Of a DNA stretch of 64,000 nt, positions 45,697 through 55,563 are shown piece after piece. A program made the translations under genes and the position numbers. The first letter of the stretch is position 1; the number at the start of each line of letters is the position of its first letter. This stretch comes from Acidimicrobiia bacterium (GTDB taxonomy: Bacteria; Actinomycetota; Acidimicrobiia; Spongiisociales; ZC4RG35): the NCBI GenBank assembly GCA_015488325.1, contig WFOA01000010.1, positions 15,945 through 79,944 of the forward strand, read 5' to 3'. Under the pieces are notes generated by a model. It saw only the letters and a program-made list of their open reading frames with translations, did no database searches and was not told the origin of the DNA.

Positions 45697-46974
45697 TCAA
45701 TCCTTCCCGAACACCACCCGGAGAACCGCCCCGCCCTCGGGGCGGTTCTCCGCGTCGAGGTGGCCGCCCGTCCGCGCGGCGGTACGGGCCACGATGTCGA
45801 GTCCGAGACCCGTCGACCCGGCCCCGCTCTCCCCCCGGCGCAGGGGATCGACCCCGTCGGGGAACCCGGGTCCCTCATCGGCGACTTCCAGGACGGCACC
45901 ACCGGCGCCTCTATCGACCTTCACCGTGAACCCGGTCCCCGGAGGGGTGTGGGCGAAGACGTTGCCGACGAGGGCGTCGACGGCGGCTGCGACGTCGCCC
46001 GGAGGGAGCGGCACCGGCGTGGGATCGTCGGTGATCTTCACCTCCAGGGCGCGGTCCTGGTCTTCGGCGGCGACCGCCCAGAAGGCGATCCGGTCTCGGA
46101 CCACCGTCCCCAGATCGCAGGAGGCGGGCCGGTCGTCGGGCCTGGACCGGGCCTCTTCGATGAGCAGGTCGACTTGGCGCTGGAGGCGATCGAGCTGGGC
46201 GAGGAGGGACTCCCGCTCGGGGGATGCTTCGAGCCGCTCGACGCGCAAGCGGAGGGCGGTGAGGGGGGTGCGAAGTCGATGGGAGAGGTCGGCGACCGAT
46301 TCCCGCTCGGCGGCGAGGAGGTCGTCCAACCGCCGTGCGAGCCAGTTGAACGACCGGGCGACCTCCTCGATCTCGACCGGACCTTCCAGGGGAACCCGAA
46401 CCTGCAGATCGCCGGCTCCGAGACGGCGGGCGGCCGTCGCCAGGCGAGTGACGGGACGAACGAGGGACGTTCCCAGTCGGTCGGCCACCAGGACGGCAGC
46501 GACGATCATCCCCAACCCGAGCAGCGCCAAGAACACCCAGGCGGTGGCCACACCCGACCGCAACTGGTCGTCGGTGACGAAGGCCGTGACCACGATCGGG
46601 CCTTCCCGGGTCACCACCGGGAGCGCCACCTGCCAGCCCCCGTCGACCTCGTCGGCCACCGCACGTTGCTCATCGGCGGCGAGGCGGGTCACCGCGCTGG
46701 GCAGGGCGGACCCGATCAACCCTCCGTCGGGGAGGATGACGCTCACTCCGGGAGGTAGGGGCCCGAGGAGGTCGGCGAGGACGTCGACGTCGAGGCGGTC
46801 CACCTGGGCGAGGGCGAGGGCGACGAGGCTCCCCACCTCCTGAATGTCCCGTTCAGCGGCGACCCGGGCTCGGGTCTCCGCCTGGTGGCGGACCAACAGG
46901 GCCAGGGGCACGGTGAAGGCGATGACGACCAGGGACGTCACGGCGGCGGAGACGAGGACGAATCGGCGTCTCAC
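45697..46974 (-). CDS. Two-component sensor histidine kinase (HAMP-HisKA-HATPase)
   Basis: Two TM segments, HAMP, H-box ESVADLSHRLRTPLTAL and G-boxes GTGLGLDIV. GTG start overlaps the response-regulator stop (GTGA). Confidence 0.85.
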   Translation of the reverse strand: MRRRFVLVSAAVTSLVVIAFTVPLALLVRHQAETRARVAAERDIQEVGSLVALALAQVDRLDVDVLADLLGPLPPGVSVILPDGGLIGSALPSAVTRLAADEQRAVADEVDGGWQVALPVVTREGPIVVTAFVTDDQLRSGVATAWVFLALLGLGMIVAAVLVADRLGTSLVRPVTRLATAARRLGAGDLQVRVPLEGPVEIEEVARSFNWLARRLDDLLAAERESVADLSHRLRTPLTALRLRVERLEASPERESLLAQLDRLQRQVDLLIEEARSRPDDRPASCDLGTVVRDRIAFWAVAAEDQDRALEVKITDDPTPVPLPPGDVAAAVDALVGNVFAHTPPGTGFTVKVDRGAGGAVLEVADEGPGFPDGVDPLRRGESGAGSTGLGLDIVARTAARTGGHLDAENRPEGGAVLRVVFGKD

Positions 46975-47654
46975 GATTCGGGTTCGACCAGCTTCACCCC
47001 CACACCGTGAACGGTCCGCAGGTAGCGGGGCTGCTGCGCAGACTCGCCCAGTTTCTTGCGAAGCCACGACAGGTGCACGTCGACGGACCGCTCACTGCCG
47101 CCGTACGGCTCCCGCCAGACTTCGGCCATCAGCTCCCGCTTCGACACCACTTCGCCTGCACGTTCCGCCAGCACCCGCAACAGGTCGAACTCCTTGGGAC
47201 TGAGGTCCAGGGGTTCACCGTCGAGGGAGGCTTCCCGGGAGGACGGGTCCACCACCAGGCCGCCGATGACGATGGGTCCGTCCCGCCGACCCGACTCGGC
47301 CCGGCGAAGCACCGCCCGCACCCTCGCCTCGAGCTGGGCCACCGAGAAGGGCTTCACGAGGTAGTCGTCGGCGCCGGCGTCGAGGGTACGGACCACCGAC
47401 TCGTCCCCTTCCCGGGCGGTGATGACCACGACGGGCACCTGCGACACCGCTCGGATCATCCGGAGCAGCTCCGAGCCGTCGAGGTCGGGCAGGCCCAGGT
47501 CGAGGATCACCAGATCGGGCGACGATCCGACGACCTGGCGGAGACCCTCCATGGCGGTGGCCGCCGATTCGACGTCGTGACCCTGGCGGGCCAGCGTCTC
47601 GGCGACCAGGTGCCTGATCTCGAAGTCGTCCTCGACGACGATCACACGGGACAT
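46971..47654 (-). CDS. OmpR-family response regulator
   Basis: Receiver domain MSRVIVVEDD...DLVILDLGLPDLDG plus winged-helix output (trans_reg_C) ...VDVHLSWLRKKL. Confidence 0.85.
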   Translation of the reverse strand: MSRVIVVEDDFEIRHLVAETLARQGHDVESAATAMEGLRQVVGSSPDLVILDLGLPDLDGSELLRMIRAVSQVPVVVITAREGDESVVRTLDAGADDYLVKPFSVAQLEARVRAVLRRAESGRRDGPIVIGGLVVDPSSREASLDGEPLDLSPKEFDLLRVLAERAGEVVSKRELMAEVWREPYGGSERSVDVHLSWLRKKLGESAQQPRYLRTVHGVGVKLVEPES

Positions 47655-47694
47655 CGGCCCCGAGCATATCGGCCGTGCCACCCCGGAGATCGGA

Positions 47695-47723
47695 CCTTGA
47701 CGAAACCTTGACTACCCCTTGAC
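47695..47723. promoter_or_regulatory. Three direct repeats CCTTGAC spaced 11 bp apart in the intergenic region between the response regulator and the PepSY-like gene
   Basis: ccttgacgaaa-ccttgactacc-ccttgacttcc. Helical-turn periodicity is typical of OmpR/PhoB-family binding sites. The last TTGACT could also serve as a -35 element. Confidence 0.5.
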
Positions 47724-47757
47724 TTCCGAGTGCGCGGATCTCGGGGAGAATGACGGT

Positions 47758-48405
47758 ATGCGCCGGCTCGTACTCGTCGTCGCCTGGATGGGCGCCACCG
47801 TGATCGTCACCGCCACCGCCTGGGCGGTGGTCTCCGCGGTGGAGGACCGGGTCAGCGACCGGCCCCTCACCCCCCTCATCGCCACCACCTTGGCGGTCGA
47901 CGAGACCACGACCACCACCTTGCCTCCGGTGACGGACCCGTCGGCCGAGACCCCGCCGCCGGCGACCGGCGACGAACCGACCACGACCACGGTCGGAGCC
48001 GAGACCGACGACACGGTGGCCTCGACGGGAAACACCGGAGGGGGCACCGTCCCCACCACCGCCGCCCCGACCACCACCACGACCTTGGTGACCACCACGA
48101 CGACCGTCCCGACCACCACCACGACCGTCGCGACCACCACGACCACCTCGACGGAGCCCTCCGGCGAGTGGCAGACGAAGACGATCGTGACGCCGGGAGG
48201 CAGCCTCACCATCAAGCACCGCCCCGACGAAGTCGTCTTGACGTCGACGACTCCGGCCGCCGGCTTCGTGGTCGAGATCAAAAACGCCGGTCCACCCGAA
48301 GTGGATGTCGAGTTCGAGACGAACGACGACACCGTCAAGATCGACGTGCGGGTCCGCTACGAGAACGGCGTCCTCATCGAAGACATCGAAGAGGAGCGAA
48401 GCTGA
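47758..48405 (+). CDS. Membrane-anchored/secreted protein with Thr/Pro-rich linker and C-terminal PepSY-like domain (paralog of the 44817..45692 domains)
   Basis: MRRLVLVVAWMGATVIVTATAWAVVSAV anchor, poly-Thr linker, then a domain GEWQTKTIVTPGGSLTIKHRPDEVVLTSTTPAAGFVVEIKNAGPPEVDVEFETNDDTVKIDVRVRYENGVL matching the pattern of the other protein. Confidence 0.6.
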   Translation: MRRLVLVVAWMGATVIVTATAWAVVSAVEDRVSDRPLTPLIATTLAVDETTTTTLPPVTDPSAETPPPATGDEPTTTTVGAETDDTVASTGNTGGGTVPTTAAPTTTTTLVTTTTTVPTTTTTVATTTTTSTEPSGEWQTKTIVTPGGSLTIKHRPDEVVLTSTTPAAGFVVEIKNAGPPEVDVEFETNDDTVKIDVRVRYENGVLIEDIEEERS

Positions 48406-48408
48406 ACC

Positions 48409-49800
48409 TCAGAGGATGCCACCCTCGGTCATCTTCTTGATGTCGAGGGCGGCGTCGACCTCTTCGGCGCTCATCAGCCCCTTCTCGAGGACCACCTCCC
48501 GCACGGTCCGCCCGCTGGCGAATGCCTCTTTCGCCACGGCGGCTCCGGCGTCGTAGCCGATGTGGGGGTTGAGGGCCGTTACCACGATGACGTTTTTCTC
48601 GACGAGTTCACGGGCCCGTTCTTCGTTCGCCTCGATCCCGGTGACACACTTCTCGGCCAGCACCCGCGACGCGTTGCCGAGGATCGTGATCGCCTGCAAC
48701 AGGTTGTGGGCGATCAACGGCATCATCACGTTGAGCTCGAAGTTGCCGTTGGCTCCCCCCCAGGTGATGGCGGCGTCGTTGCCCATCACCTGCGCCGCCA
48801 CCATCATCACCGCCTCGGGGATGACCGGGTTCACCTTGGCGGGCATGATCGACGAGCCGGGTTGGAGTGCCGGAAGCCGGATCTCGCCGATCCCGGTGAC
48901 CGGACCGCTCGACAGCCAGCGGAGGTCGTTGGCGATCTTGAACAGTGACGTGGCGACGGTCTTGAGGGTGCCGGCCGCCTGCACCGTGGCGTCCTTCGCC
49001 GCCTGCGCCTCGAAGTGGTTCGTGGCTTCCCGGAACGGGATCCCGGTCCGCTCGGAGATGACGTCGATCACCTTCGCGGCGAAGCCTTCCGGACAGTTGA
49101 TCCCGGTCCCTACGGCGGTTCCCCCGAGGGGGAGCTCCTCGAGTTCGGGGAGGACCTTCTCGACCCGTTCGATCCCCTTGCGGACCTGGGTGGCGTAGCC
49201 GGAGAACTCCTGGCCGAGGGTGACCGGCGTGGCGTCCATGAGGTGGGTCCGTCCCGACTTCACGACCCGTTCGAACTCCCGGGACTTCTCCTCCAAGGCG
49301 AGGGCCAGCGCCGACAGTCCCGGGATCAGCACTTCCCGCACCTCGGCGGCGGCGGCGACGTGGATCGCCGTGGGGATCACGTCGTTCGACGACTGACCGA
49401 AGTTGACGTGGTCGTTGGGATGTACGAGTTTGGACCCCAGGGCTCCACCCAGGACCTGCGAAGCGCGGTTGGCGATCACCTCGTTGGCGTTGGTGTTCGT
49501 CGACGTCCCCGATCCGGTCTGGAAGATGTCGACCGGGAAGTGCTCGTCGAAGTCGCCCCTCGCCACTTCGGCGGCGGCCTGCTCGATCGCCTTCGCCTTC
49601 TCGGCGTCGACGTACCCTTCGGGTCCTGCGACGGCGGCCACCGCCCCTTTGATGACGCCGAGGGCCCAGATGAACCGACGGGGGAAACGGATCCCCGAGA
49701 TCGGGAAGTTCTCGATCGCCCGTTGCGTCGAAGCTCCGTAGAGGGCGTCGGCCGGGACCCGGACCTCGCCCATCGAGTCTCTCTCGGTGCGGTACTCCAC
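48409..49800 (-). CDS. fumC: Class II fumarate hydratase
   Basis: [11 protein letters not shown] signature, [40 protein letters not shown]. These align better with FumC than with aspartase. GTG start with GAAGGAG 7 nt upstream. Confidence 0.9.
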   Translation of the reverse strand: MEYRTERDSMGEVRVPADALYGASTQRAIENFPISGIRFPRRFIWALGVIKGAVAAVAGPEGYVDAEKAKAIEQAAAEVARGDFDEHFPVDIFQTGSGTSTNTNANEVIANRASQVLGGALGSKLVHPNDHVNFGQSSNDVIPTAIHVAAAAEVREVLIPGLSALALALEEKSREFERVVKSGRTHLMDATPVTLGQEFSGYATQVRKGIERVEKVLPELEELPLGGTAVGTGINCPEGFAAKVIDVISERTGIPFREATNHFEAQAAKDATVQAAGTLKTVATSLFKIANDLRWLSSGPVTGIGEIRLPALQPGSSIMPAKVNPVIPEAVMMVAAQVMGNDAAITWGGANGNFELNVMMPLIAHNLLQAITILGNASRVLAEKCVTGIEANEERARELVEKNVIVVTALNPHIGYDAGAAVAKEAFASGRTVREVVLEKGLMSAEEVDAALDIKKMTEGGIL

Positions 49801-49873
49801 GATGGTGCTCCTTCGTCGACAGCTCCAGCGTACGCCCCGGCCGCCCCGGCCGCGACCGCTGAAAGTCCATCCG

Positions 49874-50674
49874 TCAGAAGTCGAAGGGAGTGTCGGTGAA
49901 GAAGTCCGACGGCCGGCGTTCCGACGGGGTGGGTTCGGGCTGGAGACCGAGACGCTCCCGCAGGCCTTCGTATCCTTCTGCCTCCAGCTCGTCGGCCAGC
50001 TCGGGTCCTCCCGAACACACGATCCTGCCGTCCATCATCACGTGGATCCGGTCGGCCCGCAGGTAGCGGAGGATGCGGGAGTAGTGGGTGATGAGCAGCA
50101 CCCCGAGGTCGGGGCCTCGCATCTCCTCCACGGCGGCCGCCACCTCCCGGACGGCGTCGATGTCGAGTCCGGAGTCGATCTCGTCGAGCAGCGCCGCCTT
50201 CGGACGGAGTACGGCCATCTGGAGGATCTCGGAACGCTTCTTCTCCCCGCCGGAGAGGTCGTCGTTGACCGACCGGTCCAAGAATTCGGTGGCGCCGAGG
50301 CGTTCGGCGAGCTCCCGGGCCCGGGTCAGTGTCGCCTCCGGGTCGGCTCCCCACTCTTCCGCCGCCTCTCGGAGCAGCTCGGACAGTTTCACCCCGGGGA
50401 TCTCCACGGGATACTGGAAGGCCTGCAGGAGCCCCAACCGGGCCCGCTCGTCCACCTCGAGGCCCAACACCTCCGTCCCGTCGAGGAGGGCGGATCCCGA
50501 GACCTCGTAGCCGTCTTTTCCGGTGAGCACATGACAGAGGGTCGACTTGCCCGAACCGTTCGGGCCCATCACGGCGTGGACCTCGCCGAAACCGATGTCG
50601 AGGTCCACGCCACGCAGGATCTCGACGGAACCAACCGAGGCGTGGAGGTCGCGGATCTGGAGGGCGAGGCTCAT
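49874..50674 (-). CDS. sufC: Fe-S cluster assembly ATPase SufC (copy 2) with about 25-aa C-terminal tail
   Basis: [15 protein letters not shown]...[10 protein letters not shown]...LQAFQYP...[17 protein letters not shown] at 50674 overlaps the Rieske gene stop (ATGA). The upstream extension is Arg-rich junk. Confidence 0.9.
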   Translation of the reverse strand: MSLALQIRDLHASVGSVEILRGVDLDIGFGEVHAVMGPNGSGKSTLCHVLTGKDGYEVSGSALLDGTEVLGLEVDERARLGLLQAFQYPVEIPGVKLSELLREAAEEWGADPEATLTRARELAERLGATEFLDRSVNDDLSGGEKKRSEILQMAVLRPKAALLDEIDSGLDIDAVREVAAAVEEMRGPDLGVLLITHYSRILRYLRADRIHVMMDGRIVCSGGPELADELEAEGYEGLRERLGLQPEPTPSERRPSDFFTDTPFDF

Positions 50675-50985
50675 GACGGCTCCACGGACAGGTAGACGTC
50701 GCCGTCTTCCACCTTCACCCGGTAGGTGGGCACCGGCCGGGTCGCCGGAAGGGTGAGGGGTTTGCCCGTCTTGAGGTCGAAGACGGCGCCATGGCGGGGA
50801 CATTCGATCTCGTGGTCCACGACCTCTCCTTCGGCGAGGGACGCCTCGGCGTGACTGCATCGATCACCGAGGGCGTAGACGTCGTCTCCGACCCGGACGA
50901 GGGCGATCCGGTGCCCGGGAAGGTCGACCCGCACCGGGGCGCCCGGGACCAGATCGTCCATCGACGTCACCTTCACCCAGCTCAT
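50671..50985 (-). CDS. Rieske [2Fe-2S] domain protein (suf-operon associated ferredoxin-like)
   Basis: CxH...CxxH boxes DRCSHAEASL and ECPRHGAVF; 104 aa; sits between sufD and sufC, as in actinobacterial suf operons. Confidence 0.85.
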   Translation of the reverse strand: MSWVKVTSMDDLVPGAPVRVDLPGHRIALVRVGDDVYALGDRCSHAEASLAEGEVVDHEIECPRHGAVFDLKTGKPLTLPATRPVPTYRVKVEDGDVYLSVEPS

Positions 50986-52247
50986 CCCAACCTCCCTGCG
51001 GCCTGAGCGGCACCGAACCGTTCGTCCACTTCCCGCCGGAGCGGATCGGCCATGGCGTCCGACGGGAGGCGTTCGATGACCTCTTCGAAGAACCCGTGCA
51101 CCAGGAGGCGTTCGGCCCGGTCACGGGAGAGACCCCGGCTCATCAGGTAGTACAGATGTTCGGCGTCGAGGGGCCCGACGCTGGAGCCGTGCCCGCAGAC
51201 CACGTCGTCACAGAGGATCTCGAGGTTGGGGACCGAATGGGCCTTCGCCCCGTCGGAGAGGACCAGGTTGCGGTTGGTCTCGAACGCCGATGTGCGGGCG
51301 GCGGTGGGAGCGATCCGCAACAGACCGGTGAACACCGACTGGGCGTGATCTTCCACCGCGCCTTTGAGGAGGACGTCGGAGCTGGTGGAGCGGCCCACGT
51401 GGTCGATCACCATCCGGTAGTCGAGGACCTGGGTGCCTTCACCGAAGTACAACCCGACGACCTCGGCGGAGCTACCGTCGCCTTCGAGGCGCACCCCGAG
51501 GTCGAGCCGGGCCGTCGACCCCCCGAGGCCCGCCTCCCCGACCCGCAGGGTGGCGTCCCGGGCGAGTCGAGCCCGCTCGTGGGCGACGAGGACGGTGGCG
51601 TCGCCGAGGAGCTGGACGGTGGTGAACCGCAGCCGGGCCCCCTGGGCGACGTCGAGTCCGAGCAGCGGAGCGACGACGGCGTCGACGCCGTCGGGGCTGC
51701 GGTAGACGACCACCACGTTCGCCTCGGCGTTCTCACCGACCTCCACCGTCACTTCCGGGAACGAGATCGTGCCGCCGGCGGTGGCTTGGAGTTCGACCAC
51801 CACCGGACGGACCTCGACCGCACCGGCCGGGACGCCGACGAACACCCCGTCGCCGCCGAAGGCGAACCCGGCGGCGGCGAACTTGTCCACCGAGGGGTCG
51901 ACGAGGGATGGGACCGCTCCCCGCTCCCACCGTTCCGCCCCCCGGCCGATTCGCACGGTGTCCCCACCGTCCACCGACACCGTGTACCCGTCCACGACCA
52001 CGACCCGGCCGGCAGCGTCGCCGATCGCCGACACGAAGGGGCCGGGCTTCAGCGGTTGTCCGGGTTCTTCGGGGAGGGCGAGGGTGTCGAAGTCGACGTC
52101 GAGGTCGACGTATCTCCAGGCCTCGTCGGTGTCGGACGGAGGGGGGATCTCGCGGTAGAGGTCGAAGGCTTCGAGTCGCCGCCGAGCGAGGGGCTCGGGG
52201 GCGTCGCGATTCAGGACCTCGACGGTCGTGGCGTTCAGGGCGAGCAC
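50982..52247 (-). CDS. sufD: Fe-S cluster assembly protein SufD
   Basis: SufBD-family beta-helix C-terminal region (...NLEILCDDVVCGHGSSVGPLDAEHLYYLMSRGL...). GTG start; ATGA overlap with the Rieske gene. Confidence 0.85.
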   Translation of the reverse strand: MLALNATTVEVLNRDAPEPLARRRLEAFDLYREIPPPSDTDEAWRYVDLDVDFDTLALPEEPGQPLKPGPFVSAIGDAAGRVVVVDGYTVSVDGGDTVRIGRGAERWERGAVPSLVDPSVDKFAAAGFAFGGDGVFVGVPAGAVEVRPVVVELQATAGGTISFPEVTVEVGENAEANVVVVYRSPDGVDAVVAPLLGLDVAQGARLRFTTVQLLGDATVLVAHERARLARDATLRVGEAGLGGSTARLDLGVRLEGDGSSAEVVGLYFGEGTQVLDYRMVIDHVGRSTSSDVLLKGAVEDHAQSVFTGLLRIAPTAARTSAFETNRNLVLSDGAKAHSVPNLEILCDDVVCGHGSSVGPLDAEHLYYLMSRGLSRDRAERLLVHGFFEEVIERLPSDAMADPLRREVDERFGAAQAAGRLG

Positions 52248-52287
52248 GGTCTCTCCGCAGGCAGGGACGGCCCGAATCGTATTCTCA

Positions 52288-52977
52288 CTACCGCCGTATT
52301 GGAAATTCGTCGAGCAGCGACCGCGCCCGCTCGAACACGGCGTCGAGCATGGCCTCGGTGAGACGCCCTGTGAAGGTGTTCTGCTGGGACGGATGGTAGG
52401 AGGCGAGGAGGGTGGCGGCCCCCACCCGGACCTCGACCCCGTGGCCGAAGCGGGGACGGGGACGGGGGACCTCCCGCCCCAGGTCGCTCAACACCCGCAG
52501 CACCCCCCGGAAGGCGACACCGCCCAGGGCGACGACCACGGAAGGGTCGAGGAGTTCGAGTTCTTCGGCGAGGAACGGGCGACATGCCGCCTCCTCGGCC
52601 CCGACCAGGCGGTTCTGGGGCGGCGCGCAGCGGGCCACGGCGGTGATCCAGCAGTCGGTGAGCACGAGACCGTCGTCACGGCCGACCGACTCCGGCCGGT
52701 CGGCGAACCCGGCCCGGTGCAGCGCCCGGTACAGCCAGTCGCCGGACCGGTCTCCGGTGAACATGCGCCCCGTACGGTTGGCGCCGTGGGCGGCGGGGGC
52801 GAGGCCCACCACCACCATCCGGGCATCCGGGTCTCCGAATCCGGGTACGGGGCGCCCCCAATAGGTCTCGTCCCGGTAAGCCGCCCGTTTGGTCCGAGCG
52901 ACCTCCTCCCGCCACTGCACCAGACGGGGACATCGCCGGCACTCGACGATCTCGGCTTGGAGGTCGGCGAGCCTCAC
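52288..52977 (-). CDS. Uracil-DNA glycosylase, family 4-like (4Fe-4S UDG)
   Basis: ECRRCPRL...GDPDARMVVVGLAPAAHGANRTGRMFTGDRSGDWL...YHPSQQN motifs. Proposed GTG start at 52977 overlaps the upstream gene stop (GTGA). The track's long N-terminal extension is Arg/Pro-rich junk. Stop coordinate taken from the track (my own reading places it 1 nt lower). Confidence 0.7.
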   Translation of the reverse strand: MRLADLQAEIVECRRCPRLVQWREEVARTKRAAYRDETYWGRPVPGFGDPDARMVVVGLAPAAHGANRTGRMFTGDRSGDWLYRALHRAGFADRPESVGRDDGLVLTDCWITAVARCAPPQNRLVGAEEAACRPFLAEELELLDPSVVVALGGVAFRGVLRVLSDLGREVPRPRPRFGHGVEVRVGAATLLASYHPSQQNTFTGRLTEAMLDAVFERARSLLDEFPIRR

Positions 52978-54500
52978 TCCCGACCCGCCGGATCCAGGGC
53001 CTCCACCGTCACGTTCGACAGTGCGTTCCACAGCATCCATCCGAACCCGAACCCTTCGGCGGCGTCGATCTGTGCTCGGACCTGTTGGGGGTCGTAGCCG
53101 AAATCCTGGAGCCAGGGACGGATGACCGTCCCCGAGTCGAGCCGCTCCACGCCGTCGGCGAGGGCCCGGGAGACCACCTCGGCCGGGTAGTCGTTGGGGT
53201 TGTCGAACCCGAACCACCCGCGGCCGTAGTGGCTCGGGTACAGCATCGGGGAGATCACGTCGACGACTTCGGCGACGGCCGGCCAGAGCTGGCCGATCCC
53301 GCCGTCGTCCAGGGCGGTAGTGGTGAACCCGAACACGTCGGCGGCCACCGCGCATCCGAGGGGATGGAGCTGGTCCCGGGCGCGGCCGAGGAACCCGACG
53401 ATGGTCCGTACACGGGTCTGGGGGTCGGATCCCTCGTCGAACACGGTCGACGGCCCGAAGCCGTCCGGATAACGCACGTAGTCGAACTGGATCTCGTCGA
53501 CGCCCCGGGTACAGGCCTCCCGGGCGATCTGGAGTGCGTAGTCCTGGGCGGCGGGATCGGTGGGGTCGAGGAACCACTGCCCGCCCTTGCGGTACGGGGC
53601 CCCCCGGGCCGTGTCCCACACCGCCATCTCCGGGGCACGGCGGGCGGCGATGGGATCCTGGAAGGTGACGATCCTGGCCACCACGTAGAGGCCGGCGGCG
53701 TCGGCCTGGCGAACCACCTCGTCCAGCGAGTACGGCTCCGCGACGATGGTCCCGAGCCGCAGCGCCGTGGCGACGTTCGAGTCGTACCAGATGAGGCCGT
53801 CGTCGTCTTTCAGGTCGATCATCAGAGCGTTGAGCTCGGTCGTCTCCGCCATGCGGAGGTATTCCTGGCGGCGGGATTCGTCGGCGAGGACCTCACCGCC
53901 GATGTGCACGGCCTTCACCACCCGGGGGACCACTTCGATCTGGCGGAACCCGGGGCCTCCGTCCCAGTCGAAGGCGGTGTTCTCCCATGCCGGGCGCCAG
54001 ACGTCCACCGGCCCCGCCTCCGCTCGCCGCAGCAGGAACCGTCCTGTCTCGTCGGTGACCGTCGAAGCACCACCAGCCGTGATCCGTACCGCCCCCACCG
54101 GCCGGCCTTCGGGGTCACGTACCTCGCCCCGGAGCATCCGGGCCTGGACCCGGAAACGCACCGGCCCGTCGGGACGTCGAGGGATCGACATGGTCCGGGG
54201 CAGGTACCCGGGGGCGTCGAAGGTGAGCTGGGTCCCCGGCGGTCGCCACGCGAGCAGCACGGTTCCCTCCGGGTCGGTCACCCCCAGGGAGTCGCCGTCG
54301 GCCAGGACCTCGACACCGACCACCGGGACTCCCTCCTCGTCTACGACCAGCACGGCGACGTCGGCGCTGCCGGCCGCCACCCGCCATCCGGCGAGTGCCG
54401 CCCACAGGAGGGTGACGAAGAGGAGCAGCCGGAGCTGTCTGGGTCGGGACACCGACGTGGAGGATACCGACCGCCCGGGGGTGCGCACCCCGGCGACCAT
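52974..54500 (-). CDS. Secreted TIM-barrel-like protein, putative glycoside-hydrolase-like (GHL/DUF4015-like)
   Basis: Signal peptide after MVAGVRTPGRSVSSTSVSRPRQLRLLLFVTLLWAALAGWRVAAG, N-terminal beta-rich region, then KAVHIGG...NALMIDLKDDDGLIWYDS...WFLDPTDP...FDYVRYP. The functional assignment is tentative. Start is ATG 54500 or 54515. Confidence 0.55.
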   Translation of the reverse strand: MVAGVRTPGRSVSSTSVSRPRQLRLLLFVTLLWAALAGWRVAAGSADVAVLVVDEEGVPVVGVEVLADGDSLGVTDPEGTVLLAWRPPGTQLTFDAPGYLPRTMSIPRRPDGPVRFRVQARMLRGEVRDPEGRPVGAVRITAGGASTVTDETGRFLLRRAEAGPVDVWRPAWENTAFDWDGGPGFRQIEVVPRVVKAVHIGGEVLADESRRQEYLRMAETTELNALMIDLKDDDGLIWYDSNVATALRLGTIVAEPYSLDEVVRQADAAGLYVVARIVTFQDPIAARRAPEMAVWDTARGAPYRKGGQWFLDPTDPAAQDYALQIAREACTRGVDEIQFDYVRYPDGFGPSTVFDEGSDPQTRVRTIVGFLGRARDQLHPLGCAVAADVFGFTTTALDDGGIGQLWPAVAEVVDVISPMLYPSHYGRGWFGFDNPNDYPAEVVSRALADGVERLDSGTVIRPWLQDFGYDPQQVRAQIDAAEGFGFGWMLWNALSNVTVEALDPAGRE

Positions 54501-54571
54501 CCCAGGATTTTCCATTGTGGTTGTCCGTGGGTGGTGATAGCGTTGCCTTCCAAGGGGACAGAGGTGATGAG

Positions 54572-55504
54572 GTGGCAGAGCACCGCGGGTCCGGTGCATC
54601 GGTGGCGGATGCCGTAGGCCTCTACCTCGACGAGGTGGCGGATCACTATCTGCTCACCGCCGAGGACGAGGTTCGGCTGGCCAGGGCGATCGAACAGGGA
54701 CGACGCGCCCAGAGCCGTCTCGACGGTGACACCGAACTCGATCCCGCCGAACGGGCTCGTCTGGAACAGCTCGTAGAAGAAGGCCACGACGCCAAACTCA
54801 CCTTCATCCGGTGCAACCTGCGGCTCGTCATCTCGATCGCCAAGCGGTACACGGGCCGCGGCCTCGACCTCCTCGACCTCATCCAGGAGGGCAACCTCGG
54901 GTTGATCCGGGCGGTGGAGAAGTTCGACTGGCGGAAAGGCTTCAAGTTCTCCACGTACGCCACCTGGTGGATCCGTCAGGCCATCACCCGGGGACTGGGG
55001 AACAACGCCCGGACGATCCGCCTCCCGGTGCACATGGTCGACGTCGTCCGCACCGTCCACGACACCCACCAGCAGCTCGCCGAAGAGTTCCACCGGGCAC
55101 CGACGGTGGACGAGATCGCCGCCGTCTCCGGGCTCGACCCCGACCGTGTCGAAGCAGCCCTGTCGGCCCCCACCGACACCGTCTCCCTCGACCGGCCCGT
55201 CGGTGACGACGGCGACGCCGAACTCCACGAATTCATCTGCGACGACGACACCCCCGACCCCTTCACCACCGCCGTCGAACGGATGCGGGACGCCGAGATC
55301 CAACGGGCGCTCTCGATGCTCAGCCGGGAAGAGCGGGTCGTCCTCACCCTCCGGTTCGGGCTCGACGGCCGCGACTCGTGGACGCTGTCGGCGGTGGGCA
55401 AGCTGTTGGGCATGACCCGGGAACGGGTCCGCCAGATCGAGAGTCGGGCCCTCGCCAAGCTCCGCCATCCCTCGGCCGCCGTCCAACTGGAGTCGCTCCT
55501 GTAA
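54572..55504 (+). CDS. RNA polymerase sigma-70 family factor (group 1/2-like, SigB-type)
   Basis: Regions 1.2 through 4: DAVGLYLDEVADHYLLTAEDEVRLARAIE, FSTYATWWIRQAITR, LSREERVVLTLRFGLDGRDSWTLSAVGKLLGMTRERVRQIESRALAKLRHP. Start uncertain (GTG 54572 with AGAGGTGA upstream; ATG 54515 would collide with the divergent gene start). Confidence 0.8.
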   Translation: MAEHRGSGASVADAVGLYLDEVADHYLLTAEDEVRLARAIEQGRRAQSRLDGDTELDPAERARLEQLVEEGHDAKLTFIRCNLRLVISIAKRYTGRGLDLLDLIQEGNLGLIRAVEKFDWRKGFKFSTYATWWIRQAITRGLGNNARTIRLPVHMVDVVRTVHDTHQQLAEEFHRAPTVDEIAAVSGLDPDRVEAALSAPTDTVSLDRPVGDDGDAELHEFICDDDTPDPFTTAVERMRDAEIQRALSMLSREERVVLTLRFGLDGRDSWTLSAVGKLLGMTRERVRQIESRALAKLRHPSAAVQLESLL

Positions 55505-55563
55505 CGGCCCTTCGGGGTCGAGACCCTGGCCATCGGCGAACCCTGCTGTAGCCTGACCCTCCG

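Noticed and set aside
45334-48150. Possible CRISPR array or mobile element suggested by short tandem repeats (45334..45441, poly-Thr-encoding accacc repeats near 48060..48150)
   Set aside because: Repeats are in-frame coding low-complexity linkers inside ORFs, with no spacers of unique sequence, and no cas, transposase or integrase genes anywhere in the window.
49874-50674. Second sufC as pseudogene or assembly duplicate
   Set aside because: Both copies are full length with intact Walker A/B and signature motifs and differ substantially in sequence, so neither looks like a decayed or collapsed duplicate.
55505-55563. Rho-independent terminator after the sigma-factor gene (gcccttcggggtc)
   Set aside because: Only a 4-bp stem with UUCG loop and no U-tract; too weak to call.
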